Source: Candidatus Limnocylindrales bacterium | GTDB lineage: Bacteria; Chloroflexota; Limnocylindria; Limnocylindrales; CSP1-4 | Length of the DNA: 64,000 nucleotides | NCBI GenBank assembly: GCA_036392215.1 | Contig: DASVYJ010000053.1 | Location: 1,052-65,051, forward strand | Direction of reading: 5' to 3' | Shown here: positions 46,738 to 54,948 of the stretch, piece after piece | Position numbering within the stretch: the stretch's first letter is position 1 | How the letters are laid out: each line of letters starts with the position of its first letter | Translations under genes and position numbers: made by a program | Notes under the pieces: model-generated | What the model was told of the DNA's origin: nothing | Database searches by the model: none | Seen by the model: only the letters and a program-made list of their open reading frames with translations

Positions 46738-47919
46738 TCAGGCGCCCATGGCGGGCCCCCACCACACCGAGGCGGCGACGATGACGTAGAGCCCGACCAG
46801 GGCCAGGCCCTCGAGCGCCGTGCTCTCGCCGTCGACGACGATGACCGTGGCCAGGATCGCGGTCAGGGCGACCGCCCCGAGCAGGAGCGGCGAGAGGACG
46901 AGCGTCAGCTGCGCGCCGACCACGAAGCCCACGAAGACGAGCGCGGGCGTGAGGGCGAGCGCGACCTGCAGGGCCGAGTTCAGGATCAGGCTGATCGCGA
47001 GGTCCATGTCGTCGCGCAGCGCGGCCTGGATGCCGACGACGTTCTCCACGGCGTTCCCGGCGATGGCCACCACGACGAGGCCGGCGAAGGCCTCCGACAT
47101 GCCGAGCGCGGCCATGGCCGGCTGAAGCGCCTCGACGAACCAGTCGGACACGACGGCGGCGCCGAGGGCGGCCAGGGTGAGGACGAGCAGCGGCAGCCCG
47201 AGGCCGGCCAGCGCGGCGGAGCGTTGTCGCGGCACGGGCTCCGTCAGGCCCGCGCGGTGCCGGCTCGGCGTCTCGGCCTGCTCGGCCGGGGAGAGCGACG
47301 ACGGGATCGAGACGACGAAGACGGCCAGGAGGACGACCGAGACGACGATGGAAAGGCTCTCGGCGTGGCCGGCCGCCGGAGCGCCCGGGAGCGCGGCGAG
47401 GGTCGGTACGGCCAGCGAGCCGACGGCAAGCATGAGCAGGACGACCATCCGCCGGGTCGCCCCGGCGCCGAAGCGCTGCCGCCCGTGGCGCAGGCCGCCG
47501 GCGATGAAGGCGAGCCCGAGCACGAGCAGGGCGTTGGCCAGGATCGAGCCGATCAGGGCCGCGGTCACGACCGCGACGAGGCCGGCGCGCAGGGCGAAGA
47601 AGCCGATGAACAGCTCGGGCAGGTTGCCGAGGGCCGACTGGAGCACGCCGGTCGCCCCCGGCCCAAGGCGCTCGCCGAGCGCGTCCGTCGCCTCGCCGAC
47701 GAGGCCGGCCAGGCCGGCCAGGCTGAGCGCGGCCGCGACGAAGGTGGGGACGCCGGGCCCGCTGGTGGCTCGCAGGACGGCGGCCGCCAGGCCGCCGCCG
47801 ACGGCGAGGGCGGCGAGGAGGAGGGCTCGGCGCGGGACCCGATCGGACGACGGTGTCACGACCTGGATGGTACGAGGCCCCCTGCCTGACGCCGAGGTCG
47901 CGGGCCTCGAGCGCGCCAC
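46738..47919 (-). CDS. Ca2+/H+ (CaCA/ChaA-type) cation antiporter
   Basis: Two alpha-repeats with GNLPELFIG and GNAVENVVGIQAA, across 10-11 TMS. The true start is probably internal to the track ORF. Confidence 0.8.
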   Translation of the reverse strand: MARSRPATSASGRGPRTIQVVTPSSDRVPRRALLLAALAVGGGLAAAVLRATSGPGVPTFVAAALSLAGLAGLVGEATDALGERLGPGATGVLQSALGNLPELFIGFFALRAGLVAVVTAALIGSILANALLVLGLAFIAGGLRHGRQRFGAGATRRMVVLLMLAVGSLAVPTLAALPGAPAAGHAESLSIVVSVVLLAVFVVSIPSSLSPAEQAETPSRHRAGLTEPVPRQRSAALAGLGLPLLVLTLAALGAAVVSDWFVEALQPAMAALGMSEAFAGLVVVAIAGNAVENVVGIQAALRDDMDLAISLILNSALQVALALTPALVFVGFVVGAQLTLVLSPLLLGAVALTAILATVIVVDGESTALEGLALVGLYVIVAASVWWGPAMGA

Positions 47920-48003
47920 GGCCGTCTTGCGGTTCGCCGTCGCCCGGTCGCACCCGCCGTCCCTCCGGGATGGGCCCGGTCTGCGCCCGAGCGAGACCTC
48001 GGA

Positions 48004-49299
48004 TCAGTGGTGGTCCGGCTCCTGGAGCGGCAGGTACCAGGCGGCCACCGTGAACAGGAAGGCGCCCAGGGCGAGCACACCGCCCACGACGAGCCACTCC
48101 ACGGGCGACGGCAGGTACCAGTAGCTCGTCGCGAAGGCCGCGCCGGGCAGCCCGACGCTGCCGGCCTGCCCGACCCCGATCGACAGCCCGGGCGGCAGGG
48201 CGATGGTCGGCACGCTCAGGGCGTTGAGCAGCAGGTTGAGGCGGTGGACGAAGATGCCGACCACGGCGATGCCGGCCGCCAGCGCCACGACCGCCGGGTA
48301 GCGACGGAGCCGAGCGGAGGCGAGCAGGGCGAACGGCAGCAGCAGGCCGAACGCCGTCTCGCCGAGGAACGGCACGAGGTACGGCCCGGCCAGCAGCCGC
48401 GTCACCGCCTGGCCCTCGGCCGGAGCGCCGGGATAGGCGGCCGTCAGCAGTTCGGCGAACAGGAGGAAGGCCTCGGAGGCGATGAAGACCGCCAGCAGCC
48501 CGCCGAGGTAGGGGACCAGGCCGTCGTCGAAGCGAAGGCGGCCGGCCCACCGGACGGCCAGGGCCAGCAGGATGACCAGGGCCAGGCCGGAGACCAGGGC
48601 CGAGGCGATGAACATCGGCGCCATCACCGCCGTGTACCAGAACGTCCGGCCGATCTGCAGGCCGAAGATCCAGGCGGTGATGGAGTGGAGCAGGATCGCC
48701 GCCGGCAGGGCGACCCAGGCCAGGGCGCCCTTGAGCCGGTCATCGCGCCGGAGGGCCCGTTCGCTCGTGCCCGTCCCCAGCGCCAGCGGGCTCCCTCGCC
48801 CGGCGAGGTCGGCGCGGGTGTAGAGCCAGACGTAGGTCGCCGACAGGCCGAGGTAGAGCAGGACGATGGTGACGTCCCAGACCATCGGCGAGGTGAGGTT
48901 GGCGAACAGGAAGATGTGCAGCAGCCGCTCGGGCCGGCCGAGGTCGGGCACGATGAACGTCCCGGCCAGGGTGATCGCGACGGTCGCCTCGAGTACCGCG
49001 ACCCGGACGATCGGTTTGAAGCGAGTCGCGCCGAACAGCCGACCCGACGAGGCGACGATCAACCCGCCGGCCGAGAGGCCGACGAAGAACATGAAGAACA
49101 GGATGTAGTTGCCCCACATGAACGTGTTGCGCATGTTCGTCACGCGCAGCCCGTTCCACTGCTGGTAGAGCCAGGCGCCGCCACCGGCAGCCATCAGCGC
49201 GATGAGCGTGGCCAGCCAGGCGGCGAGGCGCGGGTCGACCCGCGGCCGGGCGGGGCCCATGGCGCGGCCCGTCGGGCGCGGGAGTGCGGGCGCGCTCAC
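48004..49299 (-). CDS. NrfD/PsrC-type polytopic membrane anchor subunit of a molybdopterin oxidoreductase
   Basis: Eight or more TM helices with the NrfD-family pattern. It overlaps the Fe-S subunit stop. Confidence 0.8.
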   Translation of the reverse strand: MSAPALPRPTGRAMGPARPRVDPRLAAWLATLIALMAAGGGAWLYQQWNGLRVTNMRNTFMWGNYILFFMFFVGLSAGGLIVASSGRLFGATRFKPIVRVAVLEATVAITLAGTFIVPDLGRPERLLHIFLFANLTSPMVWDVTIVLLYLGLSATYVWLYTRADLAGRGSPLALGTGTSERALRRDDRLKGALAWVALPAAILLHSITAWIFGLQIGRTFWYTAVMAPMFIASALVSGLALVILLALAVRWAGRLRFDDGLVPYLGGLLAVFIASEAFLLFAELLTAAYPGAPAEGQAVTRLLAGPYLVPFLGETAFGLLLPFALLASARLRRYPAVVALAAGIAVVGIFVHRLNLLLNALSVPTIALPPGLSIGVGQAGSVGLPGAAFATSYWYLPSPVEWLVVGGVLALGAFLFTVAAWYLPLQEPDHH

Positions 49300-50003
49300 A
49301 GCGAGCGCCTCCGCCGCGGCTCCAGGTAGTAGACCTTGGGCTCGGTCCCGCGCTCCTCGAGCAGGCGCTGGCCGTTGCGTTCACGGACGAGCGTCGAGAC
49401 GCGACTCGACGGGTCGGCCAGGTCGCCGAAGATGCGGGCGCCGGCCGGGCAGGACCAGACGCACGAGGGGACCTGCGCGTCGTGGAGCCGGTGGAGGCAC
49501 ATCGTGCACTTCTCCATCGTCCCGACCGGCCGGGCCGCGACCATCCCAGTCTCGCCGACCGCCGGGCGCTCGGCCCGGCCCCAGTTGAACACCCGGACCC
49601 CGTAGGGGCAGGCGATCATGCAGTAGCGACAGCCGATGCAGCGCTCCTGGTCCATCAGGACGAGCCCGCCCTCGCCGTGGTACGTCGCGCCGACCGGGCA
49701 GACCTTGGTGCACGGCGCGTTGTCGCAGTGCTGGCAGGAGAGCGGCACGAAGGAGAGGGCGAGCGAGCCGTCGGCGGCCTGGCGCGGCGTGTCGAGCGCC
49801 TCGCCATCGGTCAGGACGCGGTTCCACCACATCCCGAGCGGGACATCGTTCTCGCTCTTGCAGATGACGGCGCAGGTCCAGCAGCCGAGGCACCGTTCGG
49901 TGTCGACGGCCATCCCGAAGCGCGGCGCGGCGGTCGGCGGCTCGAGCTCGCCGTAGGCGCGCGAGGCCGGCGGGAGCGCCTCGACCGGCGAGACGTCAGC
50001 CAT
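49296..50003 (-). CDS. 4Fe-4S ferredoxin-type electron-transfer subunit (PsrB/DmsB-like, four-cluster)
   Basis: CLGCWTCAVICK, CQHCDNAPCTKVCP, CIGCRYCMIACP and CTMCLHR...C Cys clusters. Confidence 0.85.
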   Translation of the reverse strand: MADVSPVEALPPASRAYGELEPPTAAPRFGMAVDTERCLGCWTCAVICKSENDVPLGMWWNRVLTDGEALDTPRQAADGSLALSFVPLSCQHCDNAPCTKVCPVGATYHGEGGLVLMDQERCIGCRYCMIACPYGVRVFNWGRAERPAVGETGMVAARPVGTMEKCTMCLHRLHDAQVPSCVWSCPAGARIFGDLADPSSRVSTLVRERNGQRLLEERGTEPKVYYLEPRRRRSL

Positions 50004-52575
50004 CGCGCGGTCCCTCCGCCCCGCCGGGCACCGCCCCGGTCGTCGCCGCCGGGGCGCCGACGCCCGGGCCCACCCGCCGGATCTCGACCCGGCAGTCCTT
50101 CCAGCCCGTGGACGGTGACCACATGTTGGCCACGAAGTGGACCTCGTGGATCGGGTTGACCTCGGACGAGGTGAGCTCGTTCACGCCCTTGCCCGCCGCG
50201 AAGTAGCGCGGCCACCAGCCCTCGTGGAGCGTGGCCGAGCCCGGCCGCGCGCCGGGCGAGAGGTGGGCCCAGGCGCGCAGCCGGCCCCGGCCGTTGAAGA
50301 CCTCCACCTCGTCGCCCTCGCTGATGGAGCGGGCCGCGGCGTCGGCCGGGGCGAGGAGCACGAACGGTCGGCCGCCGTGGATCTCGGCCAGCCAGGGATT
50401 GTTGGAGTGGGTGGAGTGGATCCGCCACTTCGAGTGCGGCGAGAGCAGGGTGAGTGGATGGCTCGAGGCACCCTGGACCAGGTCGTCGTGCGGCGGTTTC
50501 CACGTCGGGACGGCCTCGCCGAGGTCCCGGAAGCGCACCTCCTCCTTGTAGAACTCGATCCGCCGCGTCGGGAGGAAGGCCGCCGTCTGCTCGAGCGTCG
50601 CGGGGAGCGAGCGCGGCGGGAACGGGACGAGCTTCTCGATCTGGTCCAGGAAGGGGATGTCGGGATCGGGCACCTTGAGGCGAACGGGGCCGGCCCGGAG
50701 CTGCTCGAGGGTGATCCCCTCCGCGGCGCCGCCCTTGGCCAGCATGAGCTCGATCGCCTGCTCCTCGGTCAGGCGCATGTACTGCTCGTATGTGGCCGGC
50801 GCGATCCGCCGCACGAGCTCCTGCCAGATCGCGAGCTCTGAGCGCGACTCCCCGACGGGCGGGATGGCCGGCTGCTGAAGCTGCAGGAACGGGTGGAGCG
50901 GCGTCGCCGCCAGGTCCGTCTTCTCGTACCAGGTCGTCGCCGGCAGGACGATGTCGGCCATCTTCGCGGTGTCGGTCAGCTGGTGGTCGACGACGACGAT
51001 CAGGTCGAGGCCGGCGAGCGTCTGCCATAGCCGGTTGACGTCCATCGCCTGGACGAACATGTTGGCGAAGGTGCAGACGAGGCCGTGGAAGCCCTGCTTC
51101 GGGTAGGGCACCGAGGGGTGCATCGTCTCGGTCCGGCCGCGGACGAAGTAGATGCTCGGGACGATGTGCGCCTTCGTCCCGCCGGGGCTCGTCCAGGCCG
51201 ACCAGTCGAGGCGGACCTTGTACTGGCCGACATAGACGGAGAAGCCGCCGCCGGATCGGCCGATGTTGCCGGTCATCGTCGCCAGGAGGGCGAAGGCGCG
51301 GCCCGTCAGGTCGCCGTGGAACCAGTGGTTCGAGCCACCGCCCATGAGGATCGCGGCCGGCTTCGCCGCGGCGTAGGCACGGGCGAGCCGCACGATCCGC
51401 TCGGCGGGCAGCTCCGTCACCTGCGCCGCGCGCTCCGGCGTCCAGTGTGCGAGCTCCTCGAGCACGAGGTCCCAGCCGGGCCTGGCCTCCACGCCGGAGC
51501 CGTCGGCGAGGCGGACGCGGCGCGTCCCCGTGAGGCTCGGCGAGACGCCCGCCGGCATCCCCAGCCGTTCGGTCCCGACGATGGCAGGGCCGTTCGCCTT
51601 GACGTCCCAGACGACGAACCGCGCGGGCGACCCGCCTGTCCGCAGGTCCGCCTCGCGGAGGCGGACCCCGCTGTCGGAGCGGACCAGGAGCGGGGCGTCC
51701 GTGTACGTCGCGAGGAAGTCGCGGTCGGCGGCGCCGTCGGCCCACACCTGGGCGCAGAGCGCGAGCCCGAGCGCAGCGTCGGTGCCGGGCTTGACGGCGA
51801 GCCAGTCGTCGGCCTTCGAGGCGGTCGCCGAGAAGGTGGGGTCGACGACGACGATCCGGGCGCCCTGCTCCGCCGCGTCCCACAGGAAATGGGCATCCGG
51901 GATGCGGGTGTCGACCGGGTTCGCGCCGACCAGCAGCAGGAGGCGGCTGTTCGCCCAGTCCTTCGCCTCATGCTCCGCGTTCTGCACCCCGAAGGTGATC
52001 GGCATGCCCATCGGCAGGTCGCCGTTGAAGTCGAAGCTCGTGCCGTGGGTCATCCCGAGCAGCGCGCAGGCGCGGTAGTTCGCCCCCTTGTGGACGTAGC
52101 CGGAGCCGGGCACCTGACCGAAGACGTGGATGCTGTCCCAGCCGAACTGCTCGCCGATCGCCGCCAGCCGCGTCGCGACCAGGTCGAGTGCCTCGTCCCA
52201 CGACGCCTCGCGGAACTCGCCGCTCCCCCGCTCCCCGGTCCGGATGAGCGGCCGCTGCAGGCGGTCCGCGCCGTGGACGAGCAGGTGGTACGAGATGCCC
52301 TTCATGCAGCCGCGGGGGTTGTAGACGGCATCGGGGTAGTCGGCCGCCTGCTGGATCTTGACGATCGTGCCGTCGCGGACGAACGCGAGCTGGCCGCAGC
52401 TCCCCGTGCAGTTCGGCGAGCAGGTGGTCCGCACGACGCGGTCGACCGGCAGGGAGCGTCCGGGCTCGTTGCGCCCCCCGAGCACGGTCTCGGCGGTGAG
52501 ACCGGCAGCCCCGGCGGCCGCCGTCCCGGCCGCCGCGGCGACGCCCTTCAGGAGTCGGCGCCGGGAGAGCGGCAT
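49996..52575 (-). CDS. TAT-exported molybdopterin (bis-MGD) oxidoreductase catalytic subunit, PsrA/PhsA/TtrA/ArrA-like (DMSO reductase superfamily)
   Basis: TAT signal MPLSRRRLLKGVAAAAGTAAAGAAG; FS0 cluster motif CSPNCTGSCG...C; MopB domains and a C-terminal molybdopterin dinucleotide-binding domain. Start ATG at 52575 was verified. Confidence 0.9.
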   Translation of the reverse strand: MPLSRRRLLKGVAAAAGTAAAGAAGLTAETVLGGRNEPGRSLPVDRVVRTTCSPNCTGSCGQLAFVRDGTIVKIQQAADYPDAVYNPRGCMKGISYHLLVHGADRLQRPLIRTGERGSGEFREASWDEALDLVATRLAAIGEQFGWDSIHVFGQVPGSGYVHKGANYRACALLGMTHGTSFDFNGDLPMGMPITFGVQNAEHEAKDWANSRLLLLVGANPVDTRIPDAHFLWDAAEQGARIVVVDPTFSATASKADDWLAVKPGTDAALGLALCAQVWADGAADRDFLATYTDAPLLVRSDSGVRLREADLRTGGSPARFVVWDVKANGPAIVGTERLGMPAGVSPSLTGTRRVRLADGSGVEARPGWDLVLEELAHWTPERAAQVTELPAERIVRLARAYAAAKPAAILMGGGSNHWFHGDLTGRAFALLATMTGNIGRSGGGFSVYVGQYKVRLDWSAWTSPGGTKAHIVPSIYFVRGRTETMHPSVPYPKQGFHGLVCTFANMFVQAMDVNRLWQTLAGLDLIVVVDHQLTDTAKMADIVLPATTWYEKTDLAATPLHPFLQLQQPAIPPVGESRSELAIWQELVRRIAPATYEQYMRLTEEQAIELMLAKGGAAEGITLEQLRAGPVRLKVPDPDIPFLDQIEKLVPFPPRSLPATLEQTAAFLPTRRIEFYKEEVRFRDLGEAVPTWKPPHDDLVQGASSHPLTLLSPHSKWRIHSTHSNNPWLAEIHGGRPFVLLAPADAAARSISEGDEVEVFNGRGRLRAWAHLSPGARPGSATLHEGWWPRYFAAGKGVNELTSSEVNPIHEVHFVANMWSPSTGWKDCRVEIRRVGPGVGAPAATTGAVPGGAEGPRDG

Positions 52576-52579
52576 CGCC

Positions 52580-52789
52580 TCAGCCCAGGACCCGGGGTGC
52601 CGCCGGGCAGCGCGCGTCCAGCATGGCGTGATCAGCTGCGCCACATGCCGCGCAGCGCGTGGCGCTCGAGCCGGAGGCGGGGGGCCGAACGGCGATCGCA
52701 GCGGCGGTCAGCGGGCCCGCGAGGCGACCGACCGCCCAGGCGGCGGGCAGCGAGAGGGCGGTGAGCAGGAGGATCCTGCGCGACGGCAT
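52580..52789 (-). CDS. Tiny (69 aa) signal-peptide-bearing Cys-rich ORF, 4 nt upstream of the molybdoenzyme catalytic subunit
   Basis: Manual read gives MPSRRILLLTALSLPAAWAVGRLAGPLTAAAIAVRPPASGSSATRCAACGAADHAMLDARCPAAPRVLG. A GAGGAG RBS lies 4-5 nt upstream. The hydrophobic h-region is atypical for spurious high-GC ORFs. The rest is Ala/Arg/Pro-rich, which keeps confidence low. Confidence 0.3.
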   Translation of the reverse strand: MPSRRILLLTALSLPAAWAVGRLAGPLTAAAIAVRPPASGSSATRCAACGAADHAMLDARCPAAPRVLG

Positions 52790-52916
52790 CCGGCTCCTCG
52801 GGCGAGAGGCGGCTTCCTCGGCGTCGCCGAGACGCTGCCAGAGCCGGCGGCCGTTCCGGTAGAGCCGAACGGCCTGCCGGTCACGGCCACGTCGCCGCGC
52901 GGTCGTCCGGCCGGCG

Positions 52917-53201
52917 TCAGAAGCGGACCAGCAGCGCGGTCGCGATGAGGGCGACGGAGGCCGCCAGCTCGGCGAGGCCGACGTGGACCGGCCGCAGCCG
53001 GCGTGGCCCGTCGGCCCGACGGGACTGCAGCAACGGCAGGCCGATCGCCCGAGCGAGCAGACCGACGGCGAGGACGACATAGGCGACCCAGACGAGCACG
53101 GCCGGGACCGCGACCGAGGCGAGGTGGTAGCCGACCGGCGCGCCGGCGCCGTGGCGCACCGTCTGGCCTAACGCGCGGTGCCACTGCTTCGTTGAGAGCA
53201 T
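52917..53201 (-). CDS. Hypothetical small two-TM membrane protein
   Basis: Internal ATG at 53201 of a longer junk ORF; two hydrophobic helices at the C-terminus. Weak RBS. Confidence 0.25.
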   Translation of the reverse strand: MLSTKQWHRALGQTVRHGAGAPVGYHLASVAVPAVLVWVAYVVLAVGLLARAIGLPLLQSRRADGPRRLRPVHVGLAELAASVALIATALLVRF

Positions 53202-53270
53202 CGAGGCGAGCACATCGCCAGCGTCCCGTCCGGGGCGGGGCCCAGCATCCCAGCGCCAGCGGAGGTGCTC

Positions 53271-53795
53271 ATGTTCGGACTGCTCAAGGCGCTCGGCGTC
53301 GTCAAGGCCGCGGCCGCCGTCACCGTCCTCACCGCCGCCACCACGTTCGCCGCGACGCAGGTCGTCCTGCCCGCCGCCTCGAGCGGCGGTCAGTCGCACG
53401 CCGCCGCGGGCGGTGCCGCCGCCCTTGCCACCCAGCACCCGGCGCTGGCGGCGCCGGACGCGGCCGCGGCTGCGGCCGCGGGCAAGGATGTCGCCTCGCT
53501 GCAGGCACGCCTCCTGGCGAACCAGGACCGGCTGCTCGAGACCCTCCAGGATGTCCTCGCCCGGCTGCAGGCGGATCCGAACGTCAACCAGCACGCCGTC
53601 GCCGCCCTCGAGAACGTGATCAAGCGGATCGAGAGCGGCGACACCGGTCTCAGCCGGGCCAGCCAGGCGGTCGCCGGCAGCCAGCCGAAGGGGCCGTCGG
53701 GCACGGCACCAAGCCTTCCGCCACAGGCCCAGGCGACCCTCCCGCCGCAGGCGCTCGACCACCCGACGGCGACGGATCATCCCGGCCGACCCTGA
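53271..53795 (+). CDS. Hypothetical signal-anchored protein with an Ala-rich/coiled-coil and Pro/Gln-rich tail
   Basis: A GGAGG lies 5 nt before the ATG. An N-terminal TM (VVKAAAAVTVLTAATTFAAT) is followed by a helical region (LQARLLANQDRLLETLQDVLARLQ). Confidence 0.45.
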   Translation: MFGLLKALGVVKAAAAVTVLTAATTFAATQVVLPAASSGGQSHAAAGGAAALATQHPALAAPDAAAAAAAGKDVASLQARLLANQDRLLETLQDVLARLQADPNVNQHAVAALENVIKRIESGDTGLSRASQAVAGSQPKGPSGTAPSLPPQAQATLPPQALDHPTATDHPGRP

Positions 53796-54025
53796 TCCAC
53801 TCTCGCCACCGTACAGGGCGCGCTCCGCGCAGCGGGGCGCGCCCTTTCGCATCCGTCGCCCCGCCGCTCCGCGCTGGCGCGGCCCGGCCCGCCCGGCCCC
53901 GTCCACTGGAGCTGGCACGGACCTGCAACGCACCCCGAGTCGCGGGCCACCGGCCCGCGACGCCGCCGACCGATAGTGGCGCCCACGGGAAGTTGCCAAC
54001 CCGCAGGAACGGCATCGCGAGGACC

Positions 54026-54313
54026 ATGCTGACCACCCCCACGCGGGAGGGGCCCGCTGCGAACCCTCGAGGCGACGGCCCCACCCTCATCCTCAACCCA
54101 CCGAGCGACGCCGAGTTCGCCCGCTGGGCGAAGCGTCTCGCCCTGCAGAAGGGGATGAGCCCCGCCGACCTCCAGGCCCTGTTGCGCTACCGCTACCCGG
54201 CGGCCGTCGTCCGCCGCCGCGAGCTCTCCGGCGAGACCGGCGAAGTCTGGTACGTCTATCGCGACGGGCACTGGGTCTCCGCCGTCCGGCGGCCGCGGCG
54301 GCCGTCCCGGTGA
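54026..54313 (+). CDS. Hypothetical small basic protein
   Basis: 95 aa (...DAEFARWAKRLALQKGMSPADLQALLRYRYPAAVVRRRELSGETGEVWYVYRDGHWV...). Its stop overlaps the GTG of the next ORF as GTGA. Confidence 0.3.
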   Translation: MLTTPTREGPAANPRGDGPTLILNPPSDAEFARWAKRLALQKGMSPADLQALLRYRYPAAVVRRRELSGETGEVWYVYRDGHWVSAVRRPRRPSR

Positions 54314-54558
54314 ACGAGCGTGACGCCGCCCGCGACGATCTCCTGGCGACGGCCGAATCCGCCCGGGAGGACGCGGAGCGCATCGCGAGGCTCGAGGCCG
54401 ACAAGCTGGCCGAGTTGGAGGCCGACGAGCCCGACGCGGACGAGCTGCGGACACTGACCGCACAGGTATCCGGCCTCGCCGCCGAGCTTGGGCGGAAGGC
54501 ACGGGCGGAGGCCGACCTGGCGTCCGAGCTTCCGGGCGCTCGCTCGCCCGGCGACTAG
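54310..54558 (+). CDS. Hypothetical small acidic coiled-coil protein, coupled to the preceding ORF
   Basis: 82 aa, strongly acidic and helical (DAERIARLEADKLAELEADEPDADELRTLTAQVSGLAAELGRKARAEADL). Confidence 0.3.
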   Translation: MNERDAARDDLLATAESAREDAERIARLEADKLAELEADEPDADELRTLTAQVSGLAAELGRKARAEADLASELPGARSPGD

Positions 54559-54948
54559 CAGCCCCGGCGCCGACCGGGTCGCAGACAAGGGCAGCGACCT
54601 CCACCTGCCACCGCCGGGGGAACGGTGAGTCGATCGGAGGTCGCTGACGGCAGGGAGAACGATGGTCCGCCCCGTCCGTTCGGGGCGCCGGTGCGCCCAT
54701 GCACCATCGGCGCGCCACCCTTCGCCGAGCCCTCCCCGCCATCCTCTCGCCCGACGCCACCCGTCGCGAGGCGGCTGCGCCTGGACCTGGGCCGCGCCAT
54801 GCTCACGGCGCGCACGCCTCGCTCCCCGTCGGCTCGCGCTCCAGCGGCCGCTCGGCCAGTCCCCTACCGCGCCGGGTAGTAGGCGGCTGAAGGCCTGACC
54901 GCTACCGTCACCGTCATCCGCGCTGGTGGCTGACCATGGGAGGTCGCG

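Noticed and set aside
44872-47889. 1005-aa plus-strand ORF
   Set aside because: Spans the hsp20, dhaL and chaA loci in a wrong frame or antisense. Low-complexity Arg/Gly composition.
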